From Mobula hypostoma (taxonomy: Eukaryota), in NCBI RefSeq assembly GCF_963921235.1, contig NC_086097.1:131814001-131878000 (forward strand): a stretch of 64,000 nucleotides of DNA, read 5' to 3'. A program made the position numbers and the translations under genes. The notes below the pieces were generated by a model. The model did not search any database. It saw only the letters and a list, made by a program, of their open reading frames with translations, and was not told the origin of the DNA. Numbering within the stretch: the first letter of the stretch is position 1; each line of letters begins with the position of its first letter. Positions 53,109 through 64,000 of the stretch are shown here, one piece after another.

Positions 53109-54989
53109 ATAACACTGCTGTATGCTACAACTCCACCACGGTTACATAATCCAATAAAGTTCTTCAGTGTGGTACTGCGGTCAGAGTGCATGAGCTTTCC
53201 TTTGAGACATGCTAACTGAGATCTTGCTTGTTTGCTCAGGTGGATGCAAATAATCCTGTGATATTATTTGAAGAATTAGATTTTTTTTCTTTATTGTAAA
53301 TAATGTCTCTCCCAAAATCAAAAAGCAACAAAACACCAAACATCTAGACAATCGTTCCTTGATGTGGGACCCTTCTTTGCACAGAACTGGTGCCAGGGTT
53401 TATTTAAGTTACAGTGACTGCCTTTTAAAAGAAATCATTGATGTGAAGTCCTTTGGGATATCTGATAATATGTTAAGAGAAGATACTCTAATCTAAATAG
53501 AAAGGTATTTTTCCTGTAGAGATCTGTTTCCAAGCCACACACCTAAGTTTACAATGGCAAAAGATTAGGAGAAACGGTAAGGAGTTTCTTTTTTGTTCCC
53601 CACTTTGAATTATCAGGATCTGGATTGTTGCCCCTGCAAACCTAGTGAAGCCAGTTTCTCTGTATGGTTTTGAAACATTGGATGGATAAGTGGAAGGAAG
53701 CTCGTATGACCATAATGGGAAGAGTGGCCTACCATGTTATTCAAGGTTCAAAGTACATTTATTATCTAAGTATTTTTAATGCATACAACCTTGAGATACA
53801 TCTTCTTGCAGGCAGTCACAAAACAAAGAAACACATTAGAACTTATTAAAGAGATCCCCTCAGCAAAGGCGGTCAAACACCCAGTGTGTGAAAGAAAGAA
53901 CAAATTGTGCAAACAATAAAGTAAACTAATAACACACAGAACTTTAACTGCAGAATCCCGAATGTGAGTCCACCGGCCACAGAGTCAGTTCAGCACTGAG
54001 GTGAGCATACATTTCTATTGTAGAGAAATTCATATTTGGTTGTGGAGACATGGAAGATCATACAATGAAACGTCAGTCATGTTTCTCCAGACAAAATAAT
54101 TCTAGCTGCCTTAAATAGATTAAACAGAAATGCAACATAGCACTTTAGATGAATAAATGGAAAGCTATATGCATGATCATAATGGATAATGACATTATCT
54201 AAATTCCTTTACTTCACATCTGTCTTCTCATTTACTGAGAGTGGTCCAGTAACCTTTGCAATGTCAGTAGAATTGAAAACAGTCTGTGGTTGAACATAGC
54301 TCCTTAATCTTCACTTTGAAGCAATTTACAGCTGATAGGTATATGGATGTTGGGGGGGATTAACTGAAGGTGTTATGTGCTATTGATAAAAAAAGTCATT
54401 GAGAGGAACAAATGCATATTTTATTGATCTGTGCTTTCACAACATCCATATTCTCAGTTTGTTCATATTATTTTCCAACAAGAGCTCACAAAAGTCAATA
54501 TTTTACTTTTCTTCTGGAGAAGGAACCCAGATTGGAGGTGAATGGAAATTCACTAAGTATCGATGAATATTGTTGACTTCTCCATCAAGCTAAGGGGTAA
54601 GGGTTAATGTCAGGATTTTAAAAAAATAACAAAACTGTTGATTATGCTTTCATGGAGCAGAAGGAGACAATGGAGGCCAGTGAGGTGAGTAATCCAACTC
54701 CATACCTCAACCTTCTCCAGTACACATGGTTCACAAGGACATACCAATCTCTGATCTAAAGTCAATCATCTCTGGTCACATCTACTCTGCTAACATTACC
54801 GCTATCCCTTAGTCCTGCCTTCTTCAGCAACAGGAATAGTTTGCCCTGCCACTCACTCAGTCAGTTCTTTTTAATAGCTTGCTATCTCCAGTCAACTTAC
54901 CAAATTCCAAGGAATGCAAAACTCAACAGAAAAAAATTCTCAAATTTTCTCTGGGAGACCAGGCTTGTGTGTGTGTGTGTGTGTGTACG

Positions 54990-56275
54990 CGTGTGCTCTG
55001 GACCATGGTGCACACACAAAATGTGTATCACACACAACACATAAAACAGACTATTACCATAAGTAAGTTAATAAAACATAATTCAAATCGAATGTAAAGT
55101 GCTGCAGAGGTAAACAGTACAGTAAACAATAAACAGCTCACTGAACTAGTGACGACACCTTGTTGGTGGCACAATATTCATCAATCTCACAGTTGGAGGG
55201 AAGAGGCTGTTACCCAGTCTGGCACTCATTGTCCTAATGCTCCTGTACCTCCTGGAGGTGTAAAAACTTATGAGATTGTTGGTAGGGATCCTCAATAATG
55301 CTTTGGGCACTCTGCCATTCTTCTGGTAACAAATAGGAGGGAGGGAGGCCCCAGTAATTCTCTCAGCGGTTTTTGCTGCCCTCTGTATGGTCTGATGCCT
55401 TGCAGCTTCCGTACCACACATTAATCTAGCCAGACAGGACGTTCCCGATGGTGCTCCTGTAGAAAGTTGTTAAAATGAAGGCAGGGGGCCTTGCACACCT
55501 CATTCTCCTCAGAAAGTGTATGTGCTGCCTTCTTGACTATTACGGAGGTGTATAGGTCCTGGTTATATGGTCTGTTATGTGCACACCATGGAACTTTGTG
55601 CTCTTCGCTCTCTCTGCGGTAGATCCAATGACGTGCAACAGAGAGTGATTGACCTGTGCCTTCCGAAAGTCCACAATCATCTCCTTTGTCTTGTCCATGT
55701 TGAGGCTCAGGTTGTTACTCTTACACCATTTGTCAAGCCTCTCTACCTCCTCTCTGCATGTCAACTTGTCATTGTTGCTGAAGAGGCCAACCATTGTAGG
55801 ATCATCAGTATTGAGTTCCACTGAGGATAATTTACTCATCAACCTCAGGGGGATGATCATGTTAAATGCCAAGCTGAAGTCAATGAATGATATCCAGGCA
55901 TATGAGTCATTGTTTTCTAAGTGGGACAGGACAGAGTGAAGGGCCGAGGCTATGGCATCTTCAATGGATTGGTTTGAACAGTAGGCAAACTGGAATGGAT
56001 CCAATGTAACTGGAAGCTGAAATTTTATATGATCCTTTACCAGCCGCTCAAAGCACTTTGTGATTATTGAAGTTAGTGCCACTGGGTGGTGGTCATTTCG
56101 TCCATTTACCATCGCTCTCTTGGGCACCGGAATGATGGTGGCTACCTTGAAGCCTGCAGGAACAGGGGACTGTTTCAAAGAGATATTAAAGATGTTAGTT
56201 AAGACTACTGTTTGTGAAGCCAGGTATGTTGTCTGGCCCCTCAGCTTTGCGTGGGTTTACCCTGTCTAGGATCCT
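54990..56275 (-). mobile_element. Rex1/Babar-type LINE fragment with a deletion in RT
   Basis: IIPVPK...PVALTSIITKCFERLV...FIDFSLAFNMI; the GxPQG region is missing. Confidence 0.88.
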
Positions 56276-56279
56276 CCTA

Positions 56280-56595
56280 AATAGTATACAGGATTATGAT
56301 GTATTTGTGTATATTCATACATCTGTTCATGAGTATGTGCTCATACAGTTGTGTGCAAATGTGTGTGTATAGGTTTGTGCAAGTGTATAAATGAGATTTT
56401 ACATGCATGTGTGTTGATTTGTGTGTCTGTGTGCACGTGTGTATGTTCATGCATGTCTGTATATTTGATGTACACAGTATGTCTATGTACGTGTGCATGT
56501 AGTCATACATATGTGTGACAGTATGTGTGCATACAATATGTGTGTTTGCATGCACAAGTGCACATATCTGTAATTTTGCATGTGTGTGTATGTGA
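56280..56595. repeat. Degenerate TG/CA alternating purine-pyrimidine tract
   Basis: (TG)(TA)(CA) mosaic of about 310 bp. Confidence 0.85.
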
Positions 56596-57103
56596 GATCT
56601 GCAAGAAGTTACAGAATGCAAGGATTTTTTTTTCCATGAATAATGGCCTCTCACATTTTTATTTCTCTTGCAATCTTTTCTCCTGCAATGAAATTGCCAA
56701 AGCCCACGTGTTTATACTAGCTTCTGAGCATCATTTTATTTTGGATCAGATGGTGTTGGAGATTCTGAGGAGCCTGTGCATCTGTGAGATATTATTGCAA
56801 TTACAATGTGATTTGATTGTATGGGACATATGGTTCAATCATGCTGCATTAAAGCCCTTTTCTATCTGCTTAAGAATTAAATGCTTTTCATTTGAGAGAC
56901 TGGTCATGCTGAGCCAAAGCTTGGACAAAATAAAAATTTAATCACAAGTTTGGTCAACATTGGTCATGCAAACTTTGCAGTATCTTAACCCTTTAAATCT
57001 TTATAATTTATTTTAAAATATAAAGAAAGGGGGTTAATGGAATAGTTAGCATGGGTAGTAAGTTTGTAGATGATACTAAAATAGGTAGTCTTATAGATAG
57101 TAT

Positions 57104-57677
57104 GGTTCCTTAAGGTTATTATAGCCGGGGGAGGTAGTATGGATAAGCTCCCACTACCTATTAAATGCTCCCAATGGTGTATCCCTTAAATATTTTCTGA
57201 CAAACAAGTCTTGCTCCCAGCCTACATGTGTGGCTTAGCTATTAAACCTGGTGGAGCCACTTCTACTGACAGTAGAAGGGGAAAAGGCAGGAAACTGGCA
57301 TCAAAAAATGAATTGCTTCAGGCAGATAGGACTCATCCATCGGTCATGGCTGGCAGCTCATCTAGGAGAAAGAAAACTCTAATCTCAAAGCTCCACTGTC
57401 AAGGCTCCATTAAGAAGGCTTTAGCCGTAAACCTGAAGGAAAAATCTGGAGGTGGAGTCCCTAAGGTAGTCCTATGTTGAGTTCAACTGGGATTGGCAAC
57501 TGGTGCCAAGTACTATCAATCTCTGCCATTCCTTTGGATTCATCAGCTTTATGGAGAGGGGGAGCCTGCTGCATGGGCAACAGCTTGCTATACATATCAC
57601 AGTGCCCTGGCTTGCCTATTATGTAGCCAACTAGGATACAATATCCATAGTTTACCCTACCCACGGAGGGCCTCATG
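57104..57677 (+). mobile_element. RTE-derived non-autonomous retroposon
   Basis: RTE-type 5' UTR motifs (ggataagctcccactacc, ggcagctcatctaggaga...aaaactct, gtaaacc...aaatctgga); near-TSD agatagtat / agatcgtat. Confidence 0.65.
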
Positions 57678-57814
57678 AGATCGTATAGAAGATTATGAAA
57701 AATTACAGGGAAATCTTAATGTGTGGTAAAAATTGACAAATGCCTTTTAATCCAGATGATTGTGAGGTGTTTCATTTTTGGAGATCTAACCAGGATTGGA
57801 CTTGTACAGTGAAT

Positions 57815-58459
57815 TTTTTTATAAGATTAGATTAGATTCAACTTTATTGTCATTGTGCCGAGTACAGATACAAAGCCAATGAAATGCAGTTAGCATCTGA
57901 CCAGAAATGCAAAGAATAATGTTATTTACAAAATAACTGTGAATAAAAAAAGTGCTACAGCACACAAATATTGAAGTACTGAGACAGTACAATATGGGTG
58001 CAATACTGCTTAGTGCTGTGATGAGAGGTTCAACAGTGTCGCAGCCTCAGGGAAGAAGCTCTTCCTGTGCCTGCTGGTGCGGGAGCAGAGGCTCCTGTAG
58101 TGCCTACCAGATGGGAGGAGAGTAAAAAGTCCATGGTTAGGGTGGGATGCATCCCTGATAATGCTTTTCGCCCTGCCCAGGCAACGTTTATGGTAAATGT
58201 TCTCAATGGTGGGCAATTGGGTGCCGATAATCCCAGGGCAGTTTTCACCACACGCTGGAGTGATTTGCAGTTCGATACGGGACAATTGCCATACTACACT
58301 GAGATGCGGTTGGTGAATATGCTCTCAATGGTACAGTGGTAAAAGTCCGTCAGTATCCTGGGACAGAAGTGAGCTTTCTTCATGCTCTGCAGGAAATAAA
58401 GGCGCTGTTGTGCCTTTTTGATCAGGATGGAGGAGTTCAGAGACCAGGTGAGATCCTCG
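57815..58459 (-). mobile_element. Rex1/Babar-type 3' fragment
   Basis: IIRDASHPNHGLFTLLPSGR; (TCTAA)n tail; GAAT TSD. Confidence 0.88.
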
Positions 58460-60408
58460 GAATGGTAGGGCCCTTGGGAGTGTTATGGAACAGATGGACC
58501 TGGGAATACAAGTGCATAGTTCACCGAAAGCAGTGAGATAGGTTGATAAGTTAATGAAGAAGTTGTTTGTACACAGGCCTTCATTAGTCAGGGCACTGAG
58601 TATAGAAGTTGGGAACGTATATATTGTATATAAAGCATTGTTGAGGCTGCACTTGGAGTACAGTATAGTTTATTTCACACACAATGATATAGGAAAGATG
58701 TTGTTATACTAGAAAGAGTGCAGCAAAGATTTACTAGGATATTGCCTGGACGTGGTGGTACCTGATTTTCAAAGAGGGTTTGGGTGGACTAGGGTTTTAT
58801 TCCCTGGAATGTAGGAGATTGAGTGGTGATTTGATAGGGGTGTAAATAAAGGTAAGCATAAAGTCTTTTTTTCCAATAAGAGGACGTTAAAATCAAGGGG
58901 CAGAGGCGAGGGACTTAAAAGGGATATGAGGGGCAGCCTCTTCTTGCGAAGGGTGATGCATATTTGAAATGAGCTGCCTGAAATAGTGTTTGAGGAAGAT
59001 GCATCAAAAGCACTTAAAAGCCACCTAGATAATTACATGGATAGGAGATGCTTACAGAGTGATATGCCAAACATGGGTTAATGGGGCTAGCATTTGTCAA
59101 CATAGTTGGCTTGGATGAGCTGGGCCAAACGTTCGGCTTCCATGCTCTATGACTCTATCACTCTATGACTGGTACATACAAATAAAAGAAAAATGTGTAA
59201 AAGATATTTTCTCAGTTCATTTCCTTGATAATGCTTATTTGCACAAAGGATACTGGGGTGTAGTTCTTTCTTAAGATGGAATATCTAATTTTAAGTGAAA
59301 TTTTCTCTCTCTCTGCAGGTTTAATTTAAGTCTGGTATCATAATTTAGTCAATTAGCTATTCAACAATTACCGTAGACATTCCAAATGTAAATTCTTTAT
59401 CAGCTCCTATTGTGAAACCCACTGATATTGCCTTAAAAACAGGTGAAATATTTCACCTTATGTGTCTACTTGCACAATACTTCCTCTCTAACTGGAAAAC
59501 TGTATTAAACGTTATTGCTTTTGCTTTTGTACTACCTCAATATACCATGTTTGAAACGATCTATATGGATGACATGTAAAACAAAGCTATTCACCAGATC
59601 TTCTTGCAAGTGATGAAAATAAGTACATTGGCAATTACCAGTTACCCATTACTATAAAGTTTTAAGGTCTGATTTTGAATTAATGGGACAACGAGTTTAA
59701 ACTTGACCACTAGACTGTCTGACCATTGGGGCTAGTGGAACACTCATAGACAATTTTAAAGCGGTCATTACCAGGTAAAGTGCTATTTGTAAGCATTCCA
59801 ATGACACAGCCAAGATTTTGATTATAATGTTCAGAAATAAATAATTCAACTGCTCTTTGTAAGTGCCTCACAGTTTTATCTTGGGAATCATCAGTTTTCT
59901 GGATGGCTGGGAATCCTTAAAACATCTGTATCGGTATTGGTGTTGGTTTTCGTTTCTTTGTGACAGTATGTGAAATATTCTTCCAGAGTATGAATAAATA
60001 TTAGTAGTTTCCCCGGTTTTCATTCATCCATTTCTCTGTTTTCACCTTCATGTCACACAACATCTCTCCATCTTCTTTTTCTTTCTTCCTTCTGACAGCT
60101 ATTTAGCCATCCCTCTCATATTCTTCTAAACCCTTCTCTCCTGTTCCTGTTTGTCCCTTCATGCATCCTATCTATCCTCCTTTTCTGCATACCAGTCTAG
60201 ATCCAATTATTTCCCCTTGAACTATTATCCTTTCATATTTATACAGCACAAAGGAGACCATTTGACCCATTTGGTCTCTGGATGCTCTCGCAGAATATAT
60301 ATCAAGACCATTCCTTCACTTATTTTCTTGCAACCTATTTTTACTCACATGTCCATCACCTACCTGCTCCCAACCCCCAGTCCCTCTAGACAGACAGACA
60401 GACAGACA

Positions 60409-60444
<36 letters not shown>

Positions 60445-60782
60445 CCCTCACCCAAGGTATATAAAGAGTGTTTTCCAGTGGTCAGTTAACTTACCAACAA
60501 GCACCAAAGACAAAAACCATTTGATTATATGGAGAACTCACAAATACTTCATGGACGGGACTAAACTCAGCTCAATGGAGCTGTGAGTCAGCAGTATGAC
60601 TTATTACACAACCGTGCCACCCTGTCTAACCTGAATGCATATCAGAGACACCACAGGGGTAATTCCGAGTTTGATTATCAACATAAAATTAGATAAAAAT
60701 TTATTAGAGATATCCAACTTTCCTTTTGCTTCCTACAATTATTGAGCATGATTAGTAACACACAACGGGAGAACAAAAATAC

Positions 60783-60977
60783 CTTGAGAATAATTGCCTT
60801 GACACCAATAGGACCTGTGAAGCCAATGGAAGTGAACTTCAGAAGTGGAGCAGAATGCACATGTAGTGCTAATACGTCGACAACATCTGACCAAGGACCA
60901 ACTCTTTCCCCACTTCCATCTCTTACATATTGAAATGCTTGAAGTGTGGCTGACATCACCCACATTACTGGGGCCTT
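60783..60977 (-). CDS. Candidate internal coding exon of an unidentified host gene (65 codons, phase 0-0)
   Basis: aataattttcAG|AAGGCC acceptor and CAAG|GTattt donor; 195 nt open frame KAPVMWVMSATLQAFQYVRDGSGERVGPWSDVVDVLALHVHSAPLLKFTSIGFTGPIGVKAIILK in non-repeat DNA. Confidence 0.4.
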
Positions 60978-63009
60978 CTGAAAATTATTGTAGTCCCTGG
61001 AAATAAAAGTAGAGGGAGTCTAATCAAATCTAGTTTTCCCAAATTTAATCTAGTTCCTACATGTGCAAAACCACTGGAAATAGCAGGCAATGCAAATCAA
61101 TCTGTCCATTGACAGAGATTGGCATATGTGTGGCAATATCTTTCATTCTCTGCTTAGTCCTCCATTAGATATTTTATACCCCAGAGAGGAAGATAATCCA
61201 AACCCTATCTCAACACCTCCAAAGCCACTGTCTCACTCTCTCAAGAGGCCACCACCCAACTGTCTGAAAATTGGAAGTGATTTGTGATTATTCAAAAACC
61301 ATGAACATTGCCATCTTCTCCAGTGAGGATTCAAACGGCAAGTGTAGCACACTCTTGTCCATAATCTTACCTGAATAGTATAATGGTGATACTTACAGCC
61401 ACATGAAACCTTTGTTCCTAGCAATACAGGGCTTAGAGATAGGAAGAAGCCATTCAGTCTTTTGAGATTAAGATTGATCAGTGACCTAATTATATTCACC
61501 TGCCATTTTCCAATCCTCTGTGATATCTTTGCTAATAACAACCTGTCATTCTCAGATGTAGAGTGAGGAACTGACGGAACATCAATTGCAGTGTGCAGAA
61601 GAGACTTACAAACTTCCACCGCACTCCACATATAGGAGGGTTTCCCAATTTTACTTCCTAACTATTGAGACTATGTCCAATCAGCTCTTGACATCCAACC
61701 AGTGGGAAGAGTTTATTTCTATCTACCTTTTAGGTACCTCAATATTTTAAAAACTCAAAAAAAAATTAGCTTTTTAAATTCTAGGGAATGCAGTAATAAT
61801 TTTTTTTATCTCCCTTACTAATTTTGTCCCAGAAACAATAATTTCAGTGGTGCAAGATCAAATTTATTACCATAGACATACATACACTAGGTATAAATGC
61901 AATAAAATACTTTCTTCCAGCAGCAGCAGAGTGTATTACACATATGACAAACTAAGTTAACATAAATTATAAATAATTTACATGAGAAAATAAAGCATTA
62001 GAGCAAGCCGAGTGAAATATAGTCCGAGTTAGAATTAGGATTTTTCAGGTTGGTTCATGAAACTGATGGTAGTGGGGAGGGAGCTGTCATTGGACCTTGC
62101 GGAGCAGGTCTCAGGCTCCTGCCTGATGATAGCATTGAGAACAAACAGGGTATGGCCCGATGGCAGGGGTTTATTTCAATGGATGTCACCTTTCAGAGAT
62201 ATTGCCTCATCCAAATATCTTCAATGGTGAGGAGAGTTGTACTTGTGATGGGACTGGCAGAGTACATCATCCTCTAGCCTTCTGTGTTCCTGTAGATAGG
62301 AACCTACACAATTGATTTCGCTCAAACCCATGAGATTGGATACCCAGTGGCGTTATTATCACCCTCTGACCCAAGGAGGACACTAGTGTGTATTTTGATT
62401 CACCTTTGTCTATATGGCAAAAACCTCGACTTTTTTTAGTAACTGACTAAGAAATTAAAATTATCCTCTGTATTTACTATATTCAGCACCAAACATCATG
62501 TTAATTAGGAAATCTTTATTAATTGAAGGCATTAACTTTGAAAAATATCACTTGGCAACTCATTGTTAATTTTTATATGCCAGATAAAACTAAAGAGAAA
62601 TTGTAGAACTGTTTCATCAAACTCTTTTGACAGCTCTGCACCAGATACCACTAGAGTTGGGGGCAGTGGACATATGTCTGGGAATCCACCAAACACTCAG
62701 TTGTAGATCTAACGTTGCCAATTCTGTATAAAAGTAGTTTATATAGAGAGTTGAATTAGCAAAACTCATATAAGATGCCATGGCAACTTCTTCCAATCCA
62801 AGCAGGTGCATTTCTCTCAGTTATTCAGTAAGTGGAAGACGTGCGGATAAGAATTTGATTCCGTCTCTGTCACTTAAATCAACTAGATCAGCAGCCTTGA
62901 CTGATTGTAGAACTTATCCATGGGAGTTGTCCTCACTCCCATGAGAACTCAGTTTAGCATTTTATCCAAATTTGCAGCATTTCCTCAGTCCAGGAATTCT
63001 GTGAATGAT

Positions 63010-63575
63010 GAATGAGTAAGATGAATGACCAAAGCTTTTTTCCCCAGGGTAGGTGAGTCCAAAACTAGAGAGCATAAATTTACAGTGGAAGGGACCTGCA
63101 GAGCAACATTTTCACCTGGAAGGTAGTGAGTATAGAAGCATAGAAACATAGAAAACCTACAGCACAATACAGGCCCTTCAGCCCGCAAAGCTGTGCCCAA
63201 CATGTTCTTATCTTAGAACTACCTAGGCTTACTCATAGCCTTCTATTTTTCTAAGCTCCATGTACCTACCCAGGAGTATCTTAAAAGACCCTATCGTTTC
63301 CACCGCCGGCAGCTCATTCCATGCCACTTACCACTCTCTGCCTAAAAAAACTTACCCTTGACATCTCCTCTGTACTTATGTGGGAGAAGCTGCCTGGAGA
63401 TGTGGTTGAGGTAGGTAAAATTAAACCACTTAAAGAGAATTTGGACAGTTACATCTATAGGATACACTTAGAGGAAGTACAGGGAAATTGGCCTAGATCA
63501 GTTGGGCAACTTGGTCAGCATGGAAGAGTTGGGAGGAAGTGTCTGCTTCTGTGCTGTATAGCTCTATGACTCTAT
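63010..63575. mobile_element. Plus-strand CR1 tail with a minus-strand CR1 tail nested at about 63135-63377
   Basis: catagaaacatagaaaacctacagc...acatctcctctgtac interrupts a colinear CR1 3' end. Confidence 0.75.
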
Positions 63576-64000
63576 AATTTTATCAGATGATGAAAGTCAC
63601 TGCCCTTACTTTAGCCAAAGATTGCAAGGAGTTAAAGTTGTGATCCTCCCCAAAGCATGTCATTTATGCAGGGATGTAAACCCACTTAGAAAGTGTCAAC
63701 AATGGGACAGTGAGTTAGATGGATGTGCGTTTAAGTCCGGAACCTTTAGTTCAAAACTTCAGTGCAGTGCCATGAAGTTGCTACACTGTCAAAGGTGTGG
63801 TCTTTTGGATGAGCTGTTAAAAATGAAATTGTTCCTGACCTCTCAACTGGATGCATCAGAAATCATAACTTTACTTTTGGAGACCAGCGGCATTCCCTCA
63901 GCTTAGTACTTATACTCCGACTAGCATTCCTGTTATGGGACTTTGCTGTTCACGGCATGACTGGCACATTTTCTGCATTACATTAGTAACTGTGAAAAAC

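Larger units (their letters stand above)
57040..59170 (+). mobile_element. Old CR1 fragment split by two insertions
   Basis: KFVDDTK-like sequence at 57060, continuing at 57678-57814 and 58460-59170. Confidence 0.75.

Noticed and set aside
56277..56654. His/Thr-rich 125-aa ORF
   Set aside because: This is a translation of a degenerate (CA)n tract.
60742..60933. Plus-strand 63-aa ORF with faint integrin-beta-like CxC
   Set aside because: The similarity is too weak, the ORF stops early, and its composition fits the antisense shadow of the minus-strand candidate exon.

Overview
Repeat-dense vertebrate genomic DNA. The repeat families point to a cartilaginous fish, probably a ray/batoid (inference, no database search). 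Most of the window is decayed or nested mobile elements: CR1-type LINEs (two retain the ORF1 esterase), Rex1/Babar-type LINEs, Penelope-like 3' ends with degenerate hammerhead-ribozyme motifs, V-SINE (HE1-like) and DeuSINE-like SINEs, RTE-derived non-autonomous elements, and Tc1/mariner remnants. No complete protein-coding gene is visible; the best host-gene candidate is one 195-nt minus-strand exon at 60783-60977. The most unusual object is a 3.37-kb solo-LTR-like element (46763-50134, TGTCATA...TATGACA, 5-bp TSD ATATA). It holds a 2.3-kb layered GC-rich minisatellite that is stop-free over long stretches on both strands, followed immediately by an apparently exact 222-bp copy of DNA located 2.2 kb downstream. 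Coordinates of old repeats are approximate.
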